Assembly (NCBI RefSeq): GCF_963921235.1
Contig: NC_086097.1
Location: 252,528,001 to 252,592,000, forward strand
Direction of reading: 5' to 3'
DNA: 64,000 nucleotides
DNA from: Mobula hypostoma
Lineage: Eukaryota
Made by a program: the position numbers and the translations under genes. Below, piece by piece: positions 12,305-23,994 of the stretch. How positions within the stretch are numbered: position 1 is the stretch's first letter; each line of letters opens with the position of its first letter. The notes beneath the pieces were generated by a model. That model worked only from the letters and a program-made list of their open reading frames with translations. It was not told the origin of the DNA and searched no databases.

Positions 12305-14302
12305 AGATCAGCAAGGATAGAGGGTTGGTTAACTAATAGAAAGCAGAGAGTTGGGATACATGGGTGTTACTTTATTTACTTTACTGTCACCAAACAATTG
12401 ATACTAGAGGGTACAATCATCACAGCGATATTTGATCCTGCGCTTTGCGCTTCCTGGAGTACAAATCGATAGTAAATATAATAAAAATTTAAATTATAAA
12501 TCATAAATAGAAAAGGGAAAGTAAGGTAGTGTAAAAAAAAAACCGAGAGGCAGGTCCGGATATTTGGAGGGTACGGCCCAGATCCGGGTCAGGATCCGTT
12601 CAGCAGTCTTATCACTGTTGGAAAGAAGCTGTTCCCAAATCTGGCCGTACAAATCTTCAAGCTCCTGAACCTTCTCCCAGAGGGAAGAGGGACGAAAGAT
12701 GTGTTGGCTGGGTGGGTCGTGTCCTTGATTATCCTGGCAGCACTGCTCCGACAGCGTGCTGTGTAAAGTGAGTCCAAGGACAGAAGATTGGTTTGTGTGA
12801 TGTGCTGGGCTGTGTTCATGATCTTCTGCAGCTTCTTCTGGTCTTGGACAGGACAACTTCCATATCAGGTTGTGATGCACTCTAGAAGAATGCTTTACGG
12901 TGCATCTATAAAAATTAGTGAGGGTTTTAGAGGACAGGCCAAATTTCTTTAGCTTTCTCAGGAAGTAAAGGCGCTGGTGGGCCTTCTTGGCAGTGAACTC
13001 TGCTTGGTTGGACCAAGTCAGGTCATTTGTGATATTGACCCCGAGGAACTTAAAGCTTCTGACCTGTTCCACCTGCGCACCTCCGATGTAGATTAGGTCA
13101 TGCGGTCCGCTACTCCTTCTGAAGTCAACAACCAATTCCTTTGTCTTGCTGATGTTGAAGGTTAGGCTATCGTCTTTGCACCATGACACCAGGTTCTTAA
13201 TTTCCGCTCTGTACTCAAACTCATCATCACCCGAGATACGGCCTACAATTATTGTGTCATCAGCAAACTTATATATTGAGTTCGAGCCTCTGCTTGGCAA
13301 TCAGTGGTGAGCGGTGTGCTGCAGGGGTCGGGTGGGTGCTGGGCCCACAACTGTTCACGGTATACGTTAATGATCTGGAAGAGGGGACCAAATGTAATGT
13401 ATAAAAGTTTGCAGATGACACTAAATTGAGTGGAAAAGCAAACTGTGCAGAGCATATGGAGAGCCTGCAGAGTGATATAGATAGGTTAAGTGAGTGGGCA
13501 AGGGTCTGGCAGATGGAGTACAGTATTGGTAAATATGAGGCCATCCACTTTGGAAGGAAAATTGGAAGAGCAGATTATTTAAATGGTAAAATGGTAAAAA
13601 AATTGCAGCATGCTGCAGTGCATCGGGTCTTGGGAGTGCTTGTGCATGAATCATAAGAAGTTGATTTGCAGGTGCAGCAGGCAAATAGGATGTTGGCCTT
13701 CATTGCTACAGGGATTGAATTCAAGTGGTTATACTGCAACTGCAGAGGGTACTGGTGAGGCCACACCTGCAGTACTGCATGCAGTTCTGGTCTCCTTACT
13801 TGAGGAAGAATATTCTGGCTTTGGAGGCAGTTCACCAGGTTGATTCCAGGGATGAGGGGGTTATACTATGAGGAGAGATTGAGTCGCCTGGGACTGTCCT
13901 CGCTGGAATTCAGAAGAATTCAGAGAGGAGATCTTGTAGAAACATATAAAGTTATGAAAGGGATAGATAAGATAGAGGCAGCAAAGTTGTTTCCACTGGT
14001 AGGTAAGACTAGAACTGGGGGACATAGCCTCAAGATTCAAGGGCATAGATTTAGGACGGAGATGAGGAGGAACTGGCTTTCCCAGAGAGTGGTGAATCTG
14101 TGGAATTCTCTGCCCAATGAAGCAGTGGAGGCTACCTCAGTAAACATATTTAAGATAAAGTTGGATAGATTTTTGCATAGTAGGAGAATTAAAGGTTATG
14201 GGAAAAAGGCAGATAGGTGATGGGTCCATGGTCATGATCGTATTGAATGGTACAGCAGGGACGATGGGACAAATGGCTTATTCCTGCTCCTATTTCTTAT
14301 GT
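12305..14302 (+). mobile_element. Decayed CR1 3' half, interrupted by the Rex-like element
   Basis: ORFs 13426..13656 and 13840..14220 are CR1 RT/C-terminal fragments. Confidence 0.85.
12370..13288 (-). mobile_element. Rex1/Babar-like LINE, 5'-truncated, inserted in a CR1
   Basis: ORF 12494..13300 has YKFADDT, NISKTKELVVDFRR and FKFLGVNITNDLTW. CR1 sequence reads through on both sides (gttact|ctgcttggc). Confidence 0.85.
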
Positions 14303-15004
14303 AACCCACCAAATTAACCGTAGGGTAATCACAGGGCATTTACAATGACCACTTAACCTACTAAATGGTATGTCTCTGGACTTTGGGAGGAAACTGGAGC
14401 ACCCAGAGAAAACTCACATGGTTCAAGAGGTGAACGCACGTACTCCTTGGGAGCAGATGGCGCCAAAATTGAACTCCAAACTTTGGAATGCCAAGCTGTG
14501 ATAGGATCATGCTAACCTTTACACTGCCATGGCATCCACACTTACTATGATGGTGAATGCAAAACCACTACTGCATTTCTTTCAGTTAATCACATCCAAA
14601 TACAGATGATATAAAAAAAACTGGAAATGTCTATTAAATTTCATTGTTCATCACATGATTCCACATCTAAACACTGGCATGAGGCAGTTCAGCATTATGT
14701 TGGATGGGTATAGAGAGTGGAACAAAGGGCAGTTGGAGGACTGTCTGTGTGTGAGTGAGGGGGAAGAATGGGCTTATTTTGTTTTTTCTTGTCTTCTGTG
14801 TTGCTCTGCCAAGCACTGTGGGCATGCTATATTGGTGCTGGCATGTGTGGTGACACTTGCTTGCTGCCCCAAGCACATTGTACGATTGTGTTGGTTGTTA
14901 ATGCAAACAGTGTATTTCACTGTATGTTTTGATGTACAGTACATTTGATAAATACATGATTTTGGGTTGAAGAGTTAAGGGGTTTGAGGAAAACCCCTTA
15001 ACTG

Positions 15005-15355
15005 TATTGGTGAGGCCAGATGATGAGAGGCATTGATCGTGTGGATAGTCAGAGGCTTTTTCCCAGGGCTGAAATGGCTAACACAAGAGGACACAGGTTT
15101 AAGGTGCTGGGGAGTAGGTACAGAGGAGATGTCAGGGGTAAGTTTTTTACTCAGAGAGTGGTGAGTGTGTGGAATGGGCTGCCGGCAATGGTGGTGGAGG
15201 AGGATACAATAGGGTCTTTTAAGAGACTTTTCGATAGGCACATGGAGCTTAGAAAAATAGAGGGCTATAGGTAAGCCTAGTAAGGTAGGGGCATGTTTGG
15301 CACAACTTTGTGGGTCGAAGGGCCTGTATTGTGCTGTAGGTTTTCTATGTTTCTA
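15005..15355 (+). mobile_element. CR1 3' fragment
   Basis: ORF 15020..15274 (RLFPRAE...FFTQRVV). An inverted copy of the same family lies at about 16035-16310. Confidence 0.85.
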
Positions 15356-16999
15356 AAACTGTGTGATTTAGAGGAAACAACTAATTTCAGGACTTCAGTA
15401 CACCAGACCCATCTTATTTTCACTATAATCTTTCTGATTTTGTTTCTGTCCTCCACCACTGTCGCCGGCAGCCCATTCCACATACTCGTGCACATACGAT
15501 AGAAATCAATCTTAAGGAACATCACCACATCTTCTAAGGTTGCTACAGTCCTCAGATCACAACACTGAGATCACTCATCACAGATAAACAAGTTTTTGAG
15601 ACTGTTAAAATTGGCCACTTCTAGTGAAAGATCATAAACACAAGAGATTCTATAGATGCTGGAAATCCAGAGTAACACACTGAAAAGCTCACCAGGTCAG
15701 GCAGCATCTATGGAGGGCAATAAATAGTTGACATTTTGAGCTGAGATCTTTTTTCAGGACTGGAAAAGAAGGCGGCTAAGCCGGAATAAGAAGGCGGGGG
15801 GGGGAGTGGGAGGAGTACAAGCTGGCAGGTGATAGGTGAGACCAGGTAAGGGATTGGGGGGGGGTGGGGAAGGGTGAAGTGAGAAGCTGGGAGGTGATGG
15901 GAAGAAGCAGAATTAGAATCAGGTTTAATATTACTGGCATATGTCACAAAATTTGTAAAATTAGTGGCAGTAGTACAATGAAATAGGCAATAAATATAGA
16001 AAAAAATAAACGAATCACAGTAAGTGTATGTGTAACATAGAAACATACAGCACAGTACAGGTCCTTCAGCCCACAATACTGTGTTGAACATGTACTTAAT
16101 TTAGAAATTACCGAGGGTTACCCATAGCCCTTTATTTTTCTGAGCTCCATGTACCTATCCAGGAGTCTCTTAAAAGACCCTATCGTATCCGCCTCCACCA
16201 CTGTTGCCAGCAGCCCATTCCATGCACTCACCACTCTCTGTGTAAAAATCTTACCCCTGACCTACTTCCAAGCACCTTATTCAGCCCTGTGAAAAAGCCT
16301 CTGACTATTCACACAATCAAATTAAATTAAATAGTTAATTAAATTAATTAAATAGTTAAATTTAAAATAGTAGTGCAAGAACATAAATAATAAAAAAGAA
16401 GTGAGGTAGTGTTCATGGGTTTAATGTCCATTTAGGAATTGGATGGCAGAGGGGAAGAAGCTGTTCCTGAATTGCTGAGTGTGTGCCTTCAGGCTCCTGT
16501 ACCTCCTCCCTGATGGTAATAATGAGAAGGGGGCAAGTCCTAGGTGCTGGGCGTCCTTAATAATGGACGTCGCCTTTCTGAGAAGAGGTAGAAAGCTGAA
16601 GAAGGAAGAATCTGATAGAAGAGGGGAGTGGACAATGAGAGAAAGTGAAGGTGGAGAGGTACTAGAGGGAGGTGATGAAAGGTCACATTTTGTAATGTTA
16701 ACTTAGATTTTTTTTGACTTATCTGCTAAACATTTCCAGAATTCTTTTTACTTTAAGTTTCTTGGCTCTGTAGTGTTTTGCATCTCAAATTTGCTCTCTC
16801 TTGTCCTCATTCTTTTGCTATTTCCATCTCAGATAGACATCATACCCAGCCGGTCACAAGGTCACTCGTTCTTTCACAGACACACCACCTCCCTACAACT
16901 TCAGAAGTTTGATTTCTAATTTACCTTTGTTCAGATGAAAGCCCATTGACCTGAAACATTAACTCCATTTCTCATCCACAGACGCATCCTGAGTATTTT

Positions 17000-17358
17000 C
17001 ATTTTTATGCACACATTCTTTCTCTCACTCTCCTTTTTCTCCCTCTGTCCCTCTGAATATACCTCTTGCCCATCCTCTGGGTCACCCCCCCCCCCGTCTT
17101 TCTCCCTAGGCCTCCTGTCCCATGATCCTCTCGTATCCCCTTTTGCCAATCACCTGTCCAGCTCTCGGCTCTATCCCTCCCCCTCCTGTCTTCTCCTATC
17201 ATTTTGCATCTCCCCCTCCCCCTCCAACTTTCAAATCCCTTACTCACTCTTCCTTCAGTTAGTCCTGACGAAGGGTCTCGGCCTGAAACGTCGACTGCGC
17301 CTCTTCCTATAGATGCTGCTTGGCCTGCTGCGTTCACCAGCAACTTTGATGTATGTTA
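17000..17358 (+). mobile_element. Penelope terminal repeat fragment
   Basis: Highly similar reverse complement of 8680-9015 and 23060-23415. Confidence 0.85.
17261..17296 (+). ncRNA. Minimal hammerhead ribozyme motif
   Basis: AGTC-CTGACGA-A-GGGT-CTCG-GCCT-GAAA-CGTC-GACT. Core intact; the first helix II pair is G-U. Confidence 0.7.
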
Positions 17359-17569
17359 CTAGCATTTATCTAAACACAAAATATTATGGACACAAGAGAT
17401 TTTGCAGATGCTAGAAATGCAGAGCAACACACACAAAATGCAGCAGAATCTCAGCAGGCCAGGCAGCATCTATGGAGAGGAATAAACAGTTGATGTTTTG
17501 GGCTGAAAATTTTCATCAGGAATAAAAATAGAGGAAATACTTGGCAGGTTCAACAGAGCAAAGGGGAAA

Positions 17570-18350
17570 GGAAACATAAGAAAGGGGAGCAGGAATAGGC
17601 CATCTGGCCTGTCAAGCCTACTCCGGTATTCATGGCTGATCTGACCATGGACTCATCTCCACTTAACTGCCTTTCCCCATAACGCCTAATTTCCCTACTA
17701 TGCAAAAATCTACCCAACTTGGTCTTAGATATATTTACTGAGGAAGTCTCCACTACTTCATTGCGAAGAGAATTCCACAGATTCACCACCCTCTGAGAAA
17801 AGCAGTTCCTCATCTTTGTCCTAAATCTACTCCCCTGAATCTTGAGGCTATGTCCACTAGTTCTAGTCTCACCTACCAGTGGAAACAACTTTCCTGCCTC
17901 TATCTCATCTATCCCTTTCATAATTTTATATGTTTCCGTAAGATCTTCTCTCATTCTTATGAATTTTCGTGAGTACAGTCCTAGGTAACTAAATCTCTCC
18001 TTATAGTCTAACCCCATCATCTCAGGAATCAACCTGGTGAACCTCCTCTGCACTGCCTCCAAAGCCAGTATATCCTTCCTCAAGTATGGACACCAGAACT
18101 GCACACGGTACTCCAGATGCGGCCCCACCAGTACCCTGTACAGTTGCAGTATAACCTCCCTGCTCTTAAATGCAAACCCTCTAGCAATGAAGGCCAATGT
18201 TCCATTTGCCTTCTTGATAGCCTGCTGCACCTGCAAATCAACCTTTTGTGATTCATGCACAAGCACTCCCAAGACACTCTGCACAGCAGTATGCTGCAAT
18301 ATTTTACCATTTAAATAATAATCTGATCTTCCATTTTTCCTTCCAAATGG
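17570..18350 (-). mobile_element. CR1 3' fragment
   Basis: ORF 17550..18299 (LVGPHLEYRVQFW, FSQRVVNLWNSL). Same family as 13290-14302, opposite orientation. Confidence 0.9.
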
Positions 18351-18639
18351 CTGCGAAGAAAAGGCATTTCAGGATGTATATTGTATACATTTCTCTGACA
18401 TTAAATGTACCTTTGAAACCTTAGGATCATGACGTACATGGACTTTGACAATAAATTTACTTTGAACTTTAGAAATCCACAGGACAAGACAACGTCTCTG
18501 AAAAGCAGCACATAAGTTAAAGTTTCAGGTCAGTGATCTCAACAGAAATGAAAGTCAGTGATGCAACAAACTTTAAGATGCAAACGCAGGAGATGGAAGG
18601 AAGGAAAAGTATTACCAGGAGAAAGAACAGCATCTGGTC

Positions 18640-19420
18640 AGCTCGTCAGACAATTGTTTATCGACTACAGCTCGGCCTTCAATACTATTATTAAAGCAAA
18701 TTCACCACTAAGCTCCACAACTGAGTCAATGCCTCCCTCTGCAACTGAATCCTCAATTTCCTGACAATCAGGAAACAACACTTCTGCTACCATTACTCTA
18801 AACACTGGTGTCTCACAAGGCTGAGTCGTCAGCACCACCCCCCTGTTCCACTCACTGTACACTCATGACTGAGTGGCCAGATTCTGCACTAATCCATCTA
18901 CAATTCTGCAGGTGATACGACAGTAGTGGGCTATATATCTGTGGAGAGGATGTCTCCTACAGTGGGACAGCCCTGGAATAGAGAAAAGTCCATTTAGAAC
19001 AGAGATGAGGAGGAATTTCTTTAGCCAGAGGGTGGTGAATCTGTGGAATTCATCGCTCCAGATGGCTGTGGAGGTCAAATCATTGGTATGTTTACAACAG
19101 AGGTTCTTGATTAGTCAGGTTATTAAAGGTTACAGGGAGAAGGCAGGAGAATGGAATAGAATAATAAATCAGACATGATGGAATGGCAGAGCAGACTTGA
19201 TGGGCTGAATGCCCAATTCTGCTCCTTTGTCTTATGACCTTATATATGAAATAGCAATGAGTTGAAGTATTGTAAGGAGATAGAGAGCTCAATGACATGG
19301 TGTCCAGATAACAACCTTCCTCTCAATGGCAGCAAAAGAGCGGGACAGACTTTAAGGAAGGTTGTGGGGGGGGGGGGGTGGTCCACATGCTCCTGTCTAC
19401 ATCAATTGTGTTGAGGTGAG
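18640..19420 (+). mobile_element. Decayed Rex1/Babar-like RT fragment split by a CR1 3' end (about 18945-19240)
   Basis: [13 protein letters not shown] motif, with a CR1 3' UTR in the middle. Confidence 0.65.
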
Positions 19421-19606
19421 GAACTCAGTAGGTCAGGCAGCATCTATGGAAATGAATGAACTGTCAATGTTTCGGGCTGACACTCTTCTTCAAGACGAGG
19501 AGTTTCGTCCCAAATATTTGACTGTGTATAGATGCCGCCCGCCCTGCTGAGTTCCTTCAGCACTTTGTGTGTGTCGTTCCGGATTTCCAGCACCTGCAGA
19601 ACCTCT
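19420..19606. mobile_element. Fold-back Penelope terminal-repeat remnant
   Basis: Left arm gaactcagtaggtcaggcagcatctat is the imperfect inverse of right arm atagatgccgcccgccctgctgagttc. Confidence 0.6.
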
Positions 19607-19719
19607 ATGGTTTATGTTGAGGTTGAGTGTGTTGCTGGTCCCACCTGTCAGGGCCTTTCATTCAGTGAATCGCTCCCCCAACCCCTCGCTCCCACAGAGA
19701 CACAATTCTGGGGTTTAAC

Positions 19720-19853
19720 CTGATTTTCACCTCCTTGCCCGGGCTTCCGCCCGTCCTCTCCTCCCCCTCGCGGCCCGCCCCCGCCGCCGCAGAGCCGCCT
19801 CTGCAGAACCGCAGCTCCACTTCGTCCAGCAGCTCATCCAGGTCGTCCGCCAT
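19720..19853 (-). CDS. CFAP418: CFAP418 (C8orf37) coding exon 1
   Basis: Translates to MADDLDELLDEVELRFCRGG...EVKI, matching the conserved C8orf37 N-terminus (human MAEDLDELLDEVESKFC, from memory). Strong Kozak context GCGATGG, inside a CpG island. Ends 44 codons + 2 nt in, at AG|GTTAAA (phase 2). Confidence 0.9.
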
Positions 19854-19866
19854 CGCGGCCTCGCCG

Positions 19867-19879
19867 GTTGCCTGGAGCC
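19867..19879. promoter_or_regulatory. Second, weaker RFX X-box
   Basis: GTTGCCTGGAGCC has a perfect GTTGCC half-site and a degenerate second half. Confidence 0.45.
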
Positions 19880-19985
19880 AGCGTCATTACGAGCGCGTTC
19901 ATATTTCACGTCTCGACGTACGGGCTGAGCTCGCGCGCGAACGGAGCGAGGTGGGATGGGGTGGGGTGGTGCTGGGAGCGCGCAC

Positions 19986-19999
19986 GCTGCCATGGCAAC
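19986..19999. promoter_or_regulatory. RFX X-box
   Basis: GCTGCCATGGCAAC matches 13/14 of the palindromic X-box GTTGCCATGGCAAC and lies 133-146 nt upstream of the ATG of a ciliary gene. Confidence 0.75.
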
Positions 20000-20415
20000 A
20001 GGCGGCTGGAAACGGCGGCAAAGCGAGCGGCCTTTCTCCGTGTCGGTGGGACTGTCGGTCAGCGTGTGAAGTGAAAGCACGGAATAGGTAGTTAGCCTGT
20101 GAAATTAAAGACTTATCTTAGAACAAATGCATTTCATTAATTTGCTTTGCTTGACATTGTTATACGTTGAATAAATTTGTACAACAAATAATAGGAAGAA
20201 GGGTTACGATTAGAATGAGAATCAGAATCAGGTTTAATATCATCCGCATATGTCGTGAAATTTGTTGTTTTGCAGCAGCAGTACATTGCAATACATAGGA
20301 ATAAAACTATAAATTACTATAAATTAAACAGTGATGTGCAGAAGAGTCCCTCTGAATGCACAACATGTTGAATCTTGAAGTGGATGGGTTACAACAGCAG
20401 AGGACAACGAACATG

Positions 20416-20470
20416 CACTCAGTAGTCACTTTAGAGGGACGGGGGTACCTAATCAAATGGCTACTGAGTG
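20416..20470. mobile_element. About 55-bp Tc1-type mini inverted repeat
   Basis: CACTCAGTAG ... CTACTGAGTG followed by TA. Same termini as the elements at 31429 and 38334. Confidence 0.6.
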
Positions 20471-20788
20471 TATATGGGGCTGTGAATACAAGTTTGGAGG
20501 AAGGGGATTGGATTTCTTCTGCAGGAAGGGCAGCTGACTTCTCTTGCTTTAGTTCAAAATCCTGTTCTCTGAGGCTTCAGCAAATCAGCCTGCAGAAGTC
20601 AAAAGAAAACCTCCCATAAAATGGAACGATGTAATGCTGAGGTTTTAGACTGCTCTTGGAGTATTGTGAGCAGTTTTGGGCCCATTACCTAAGAACAGAT
20701 GCACTGCCATTGGAGTGGGTTCAGAGGAGAGTCACAAGAATTATTCCAGGAATGAAGGGATTAACACATAGCTCTGGGTTTGTCCTCA

Positions 20789-21000
20789 GCTGGCTGGTGG
20801 CGTAGTGGCATCAGCACTGGACTTTGGAGTGAAGGCTCCTGAGTTCGAACCCAGCCTGCCTCCCCAGCCGGCTTTCCATCTGTGCTGGGTTGAGTGTTGA
20901 GCTAGCAACTTGACCTCATAAAAAAGAAATTGCCTGCTACAGAAACATCAACAACAAAAAGTTCATGGCCTATGCAGTCTCGTGCCTTTAAAAGGCAGTT
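20789..21000 (+). mobile_element. tRNA-derived SINE inserted in a decayed CR1
   Basis: A-box TGGCGTAGTGG and B-box GTTCGAACC, with no complete cloverleaf. CR1 remnants on both sides (20625-21400). Confidence 0.65.
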
Positions 21001-21724
21001 TCCTTTCCTTCCTTTTCCTAGGCCTGTACTCACTGGTGGAGTATGAATAAGTATCTCAATGAAGGATTTCTCAATGAAACCTATCGAATATTGAGATGTT
21101 TGCATAGAGTGGATGTGAAGAGGATAGTGGGGGAGTCAGAGGGCACAGCCTTAGAACAGAGGGACATCCATTTAGAACAGAAGTGAGGAGGAATTTCTTT
21201 TGTTAGACAGTGGTTAATCTGTGCAATTCATTGCCACAGACACTGAAGACCAAGTCATTGGGTGTATATACAGCGAAGGTTGATAAGTCCTTGATTAGTC
21301 AGGGTGTCAAAGGTTCCAAGGGTGGGGAAGGCAGGAGAATAGGGTTGAGAGGGATGATAAATAAGCCAAAAGGCCTAATTCTGCTCCTATGTCTTATAGT
21401 CTTCTGGTTTACTTGAGAAACATTCCTATTGCTTTTGGCAAAAGACACCTTTAAAAAATGAACAGGAGCACGTGTTTTGGATTGTGCCAGCTACCAGTTT
21501 TTGTTTTAGGGGTTTGAAGCTATTTGGCCTGTAGCCAGTTAAAACAGTATTTGGTCAACTGGACTTGATTTTGCAATTTTCTTTAAGGTGACAACTCCAC
21601 CGGGACTTGCAGCCTAGTAGTGCCAGATTCAGGTTTGCTGTGGGGCTGGAAGAGATTATATAGACAGACAGGCAGAGAGAGACGAGGCCTTGGAGAATAT
21701 TGAAAACAAGAACAACAATTTACA

Positions 21725-22500
21725 AATTGAGAGAATCTGCAGATGCTGGAAATCCAGACAGCATCTATGGAAATGAATAAACAGTCGATGTTTCAGGCCA
21801 AGACCCTTCTTCAGTACTGGAAAGGAAGGTGGAAGATGTCAGAATAAAAAGGTGGGTTGAGGGGGAGGAGGACATGCTGGAAGGTGATTGTTGTGGCTCT
21901 CTCTTGAGGTCGAGGATGATGGTCTCCATTCTGAAGAAGTGACCCACAGAGCGAAGATGCCTGTGCATGTATTTGTTTAATGTGTACTTGATGTTGCATT
22001 ACAAGAAGCACACGATACTTCACAAATCAACCAACTGATTCCAATGGCATGGAAACCACGACGATTGAAGCTGATAGGTGAGACCTGGTAGGTTGGGGGG
22101 GGGGGAATGAAGTAAGAAAGTAGGAAAGTGATAGGTGGAAAAGGTAAAGGGCTGGAGAAGAACAAATCTGATAGAGGAGAGTAGACCATGGGAGAAAGGG
22201 AAGGAGGAGAATCACCGGAGTAGGTGATGGGCAGGTGAGAAGAATAAGGTTGAGTGGGATTTGGGATCAGCCATGATGAAATAGCAGAGAAGACTCGATG
22301 GGCTGAATGGCCTAATACTGTTCCTTTGTCTTCTGGTCTAAGAAGAGGAAAGAGGCCAGAATGATGAATAGAAGAAGCAGGAAAGGGGAAGAAAACATTT
22401 ACTGAAGGAGAAATCAATGTTCATAACGTTAAGTTGGGGGGTACCGAGATAGAATATGAGGTGTTGCTCCTTCACCCTGAGGTGTCTCATTGCCTGAATT
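21725..22500 (-). mobile_element. Decayed Penelope 3' end with smaller inserts
   Basis: LRVKEQHLIFYLGTPQLNVMNIDF peptide. Degenerate hammerhead at 21782-21819. Confidence 0.65.
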
Positions 22501-23021
22501 ACAAGCTGAGGCACTGTCAGACTGGGAGCCAGCCAGCAGATAAATGTAAGCAGCGGTGTGATTGGTGAACAGGTTTTTGGCAGCGGGGCTTTGGCAGGTG
22601 TCAGAACTAATGTATAAAATGGCAGATGGAATGTGATGCAGGTAAGCGTGAGGTGTTGCAGTTGTGGGAGGAGCAACCACGATAGGACTTACGCAGTGAG
22701 TGGTCGGGCACTGAGGAGAGCTGTAGATCAGAGTACAGACCCATAATCCCTGGGAAGTTGTGTCACGGTTGGATAGTAGTGTAGTGGTTAGTGTGATGCT
22801 GTACCAGCTCCAGGCATTGAATTCCAGTGCCGTTCTGTAAGGAGTCTCTGTATATCCTCCCCGTGGAATGTGTGGGTTTCCTCCAGCTGCTCTGCTTTTC
22901 TCCCGAGCCGAAACATGTACTGGTTAGGTTAATCAGCCATTATAAATTGTCCTGTGCTTAGAACAGGGTTAATTGGGTTTGTCAGGGCTGCTGTAGTGGC
23001 ATGGCTTGAGGGGCAGGAAGG

Positions 23022-23845
23022 CAAACACGAGGAAATCTGCAGATGCTGGGAATTCAAGCAACACACATAAAAGTTGCTGGTGAACGCAGCAGGCCGGGCA
23101 GCATCTGTAGGAAGAGGTACAGTCGACGTTTCAGGCCGAGACCCTTCGTCAGGACTAACTGAAGGAAGAGTTAGTAAGAGATTTGAAAGTGGGAGGAGGA
23201 GGGGGAGATCCAAAATGATAGGAGAAGACAGGAGGGGGAGGGATGGAGCCCAGAGCTGGACAGGTGATAGGCAAAAGGGATATGAGAGGATCATGGGACA
23301 GGAGGCCCAGGGAGAAAGACAAGGGGGAGGGGGGAAACCCAGAGGATGGGCAAGGAGTATAGTGAGAGGGACAGAGGGAGAAAAAGCAGTGAGAGAAAAA
23401 GAATGTGTGTATATAAATAAATAATGGATGGGGTACGAGGGGGAGGTGGGGCATTAGCGGAAGTTAGAGAAGTCAATGTTCATGGCATCAGGTTGGAGGC
23501 TACCCAGACGGAATATAAGGTGTTGTTCCTCCAACCTGAGTGTGGCTTCATCTTTACAGTAGAGGAGGCTGTGGATATACATATCAGAATGGGAATGGGA
23601 CGTGGAATTAAAATGTGTGGCCACTGGGAGATCCTGCTTTCTCTGGTGGACAGAGCGTAGGTGTTCAGCAAAGCGATCTCCCAGTCTGCGTTGGGTCTCG
23701 CCAGTATATAGAAGGCCACATCGGTAGCACCAGACGCAGTATATCACCCCAGCCGACTCACAGGTGAAGTGTCGCCTCACCTGGAAGGACTGTCTGGGTC
23801 CCTGAATGGTGGTAAGGGAGGAAGTGTAAGGGCATGTGTAGCACT
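23022..23845 (-). mobile_element. Penelope-like element 3' part (GIY-YIG endonuclease + terminal repeat)
   Basis: ORF 23454..23876 reads VIYCVWC..CGLLYTGET.RRL..RF.EH, the GIY-YIG signature. Confidence 0.92.
23121..23156 (-). ncRNA. Minimal hammerhead ribozyme motif
   Basis: Same 36-nt architecture as the copy at 17261-17296, with an intact core. Confidence 0.7.
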
Positions 23846-23994
23846 GGCAGAAAAGGCTGGCTCTGTGCTGTATCACTAAATAAAAATGAATAAAACTTGA
23901 ATCAATGCCTGCCCTCTGTAAATAGTTTGAGTGTGATCTCTATTCCTTAGTTAAAATATCAATTTTAGGAGGCCATTCCAAAAAGTAGGTTGCG

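Larger units (their letters stand above)
19730..20085. promoter_or_regulatory. CpG island / CFAP418 promoter and first exon
   Basis: The only strongly GC- and CpG-rich stretch in an otherwise CpG-depleted window. It overlaps the start codon and contains GGGGTGGGG (SP/KLF-type) boxes and GCGCGCACGC (NRF1-like). Confidence 0.85.

Noticed and set aside
19662..19719. Read-through tail of ORF 19662..19853 (RLNPRIVSLW...)
   Set aside because: It is intronic. The phase-2 donor at 19719 joins exon 2 in frame.
19727..20091. Overlapping ORFs 19735..20091(+), 19727..20080(-) and 19868..20074(+) as separate proteins
   Set aside because: Stop-codon scarcity in GC-rich CpG-island DNA explains them, and they show no recognisable homology.
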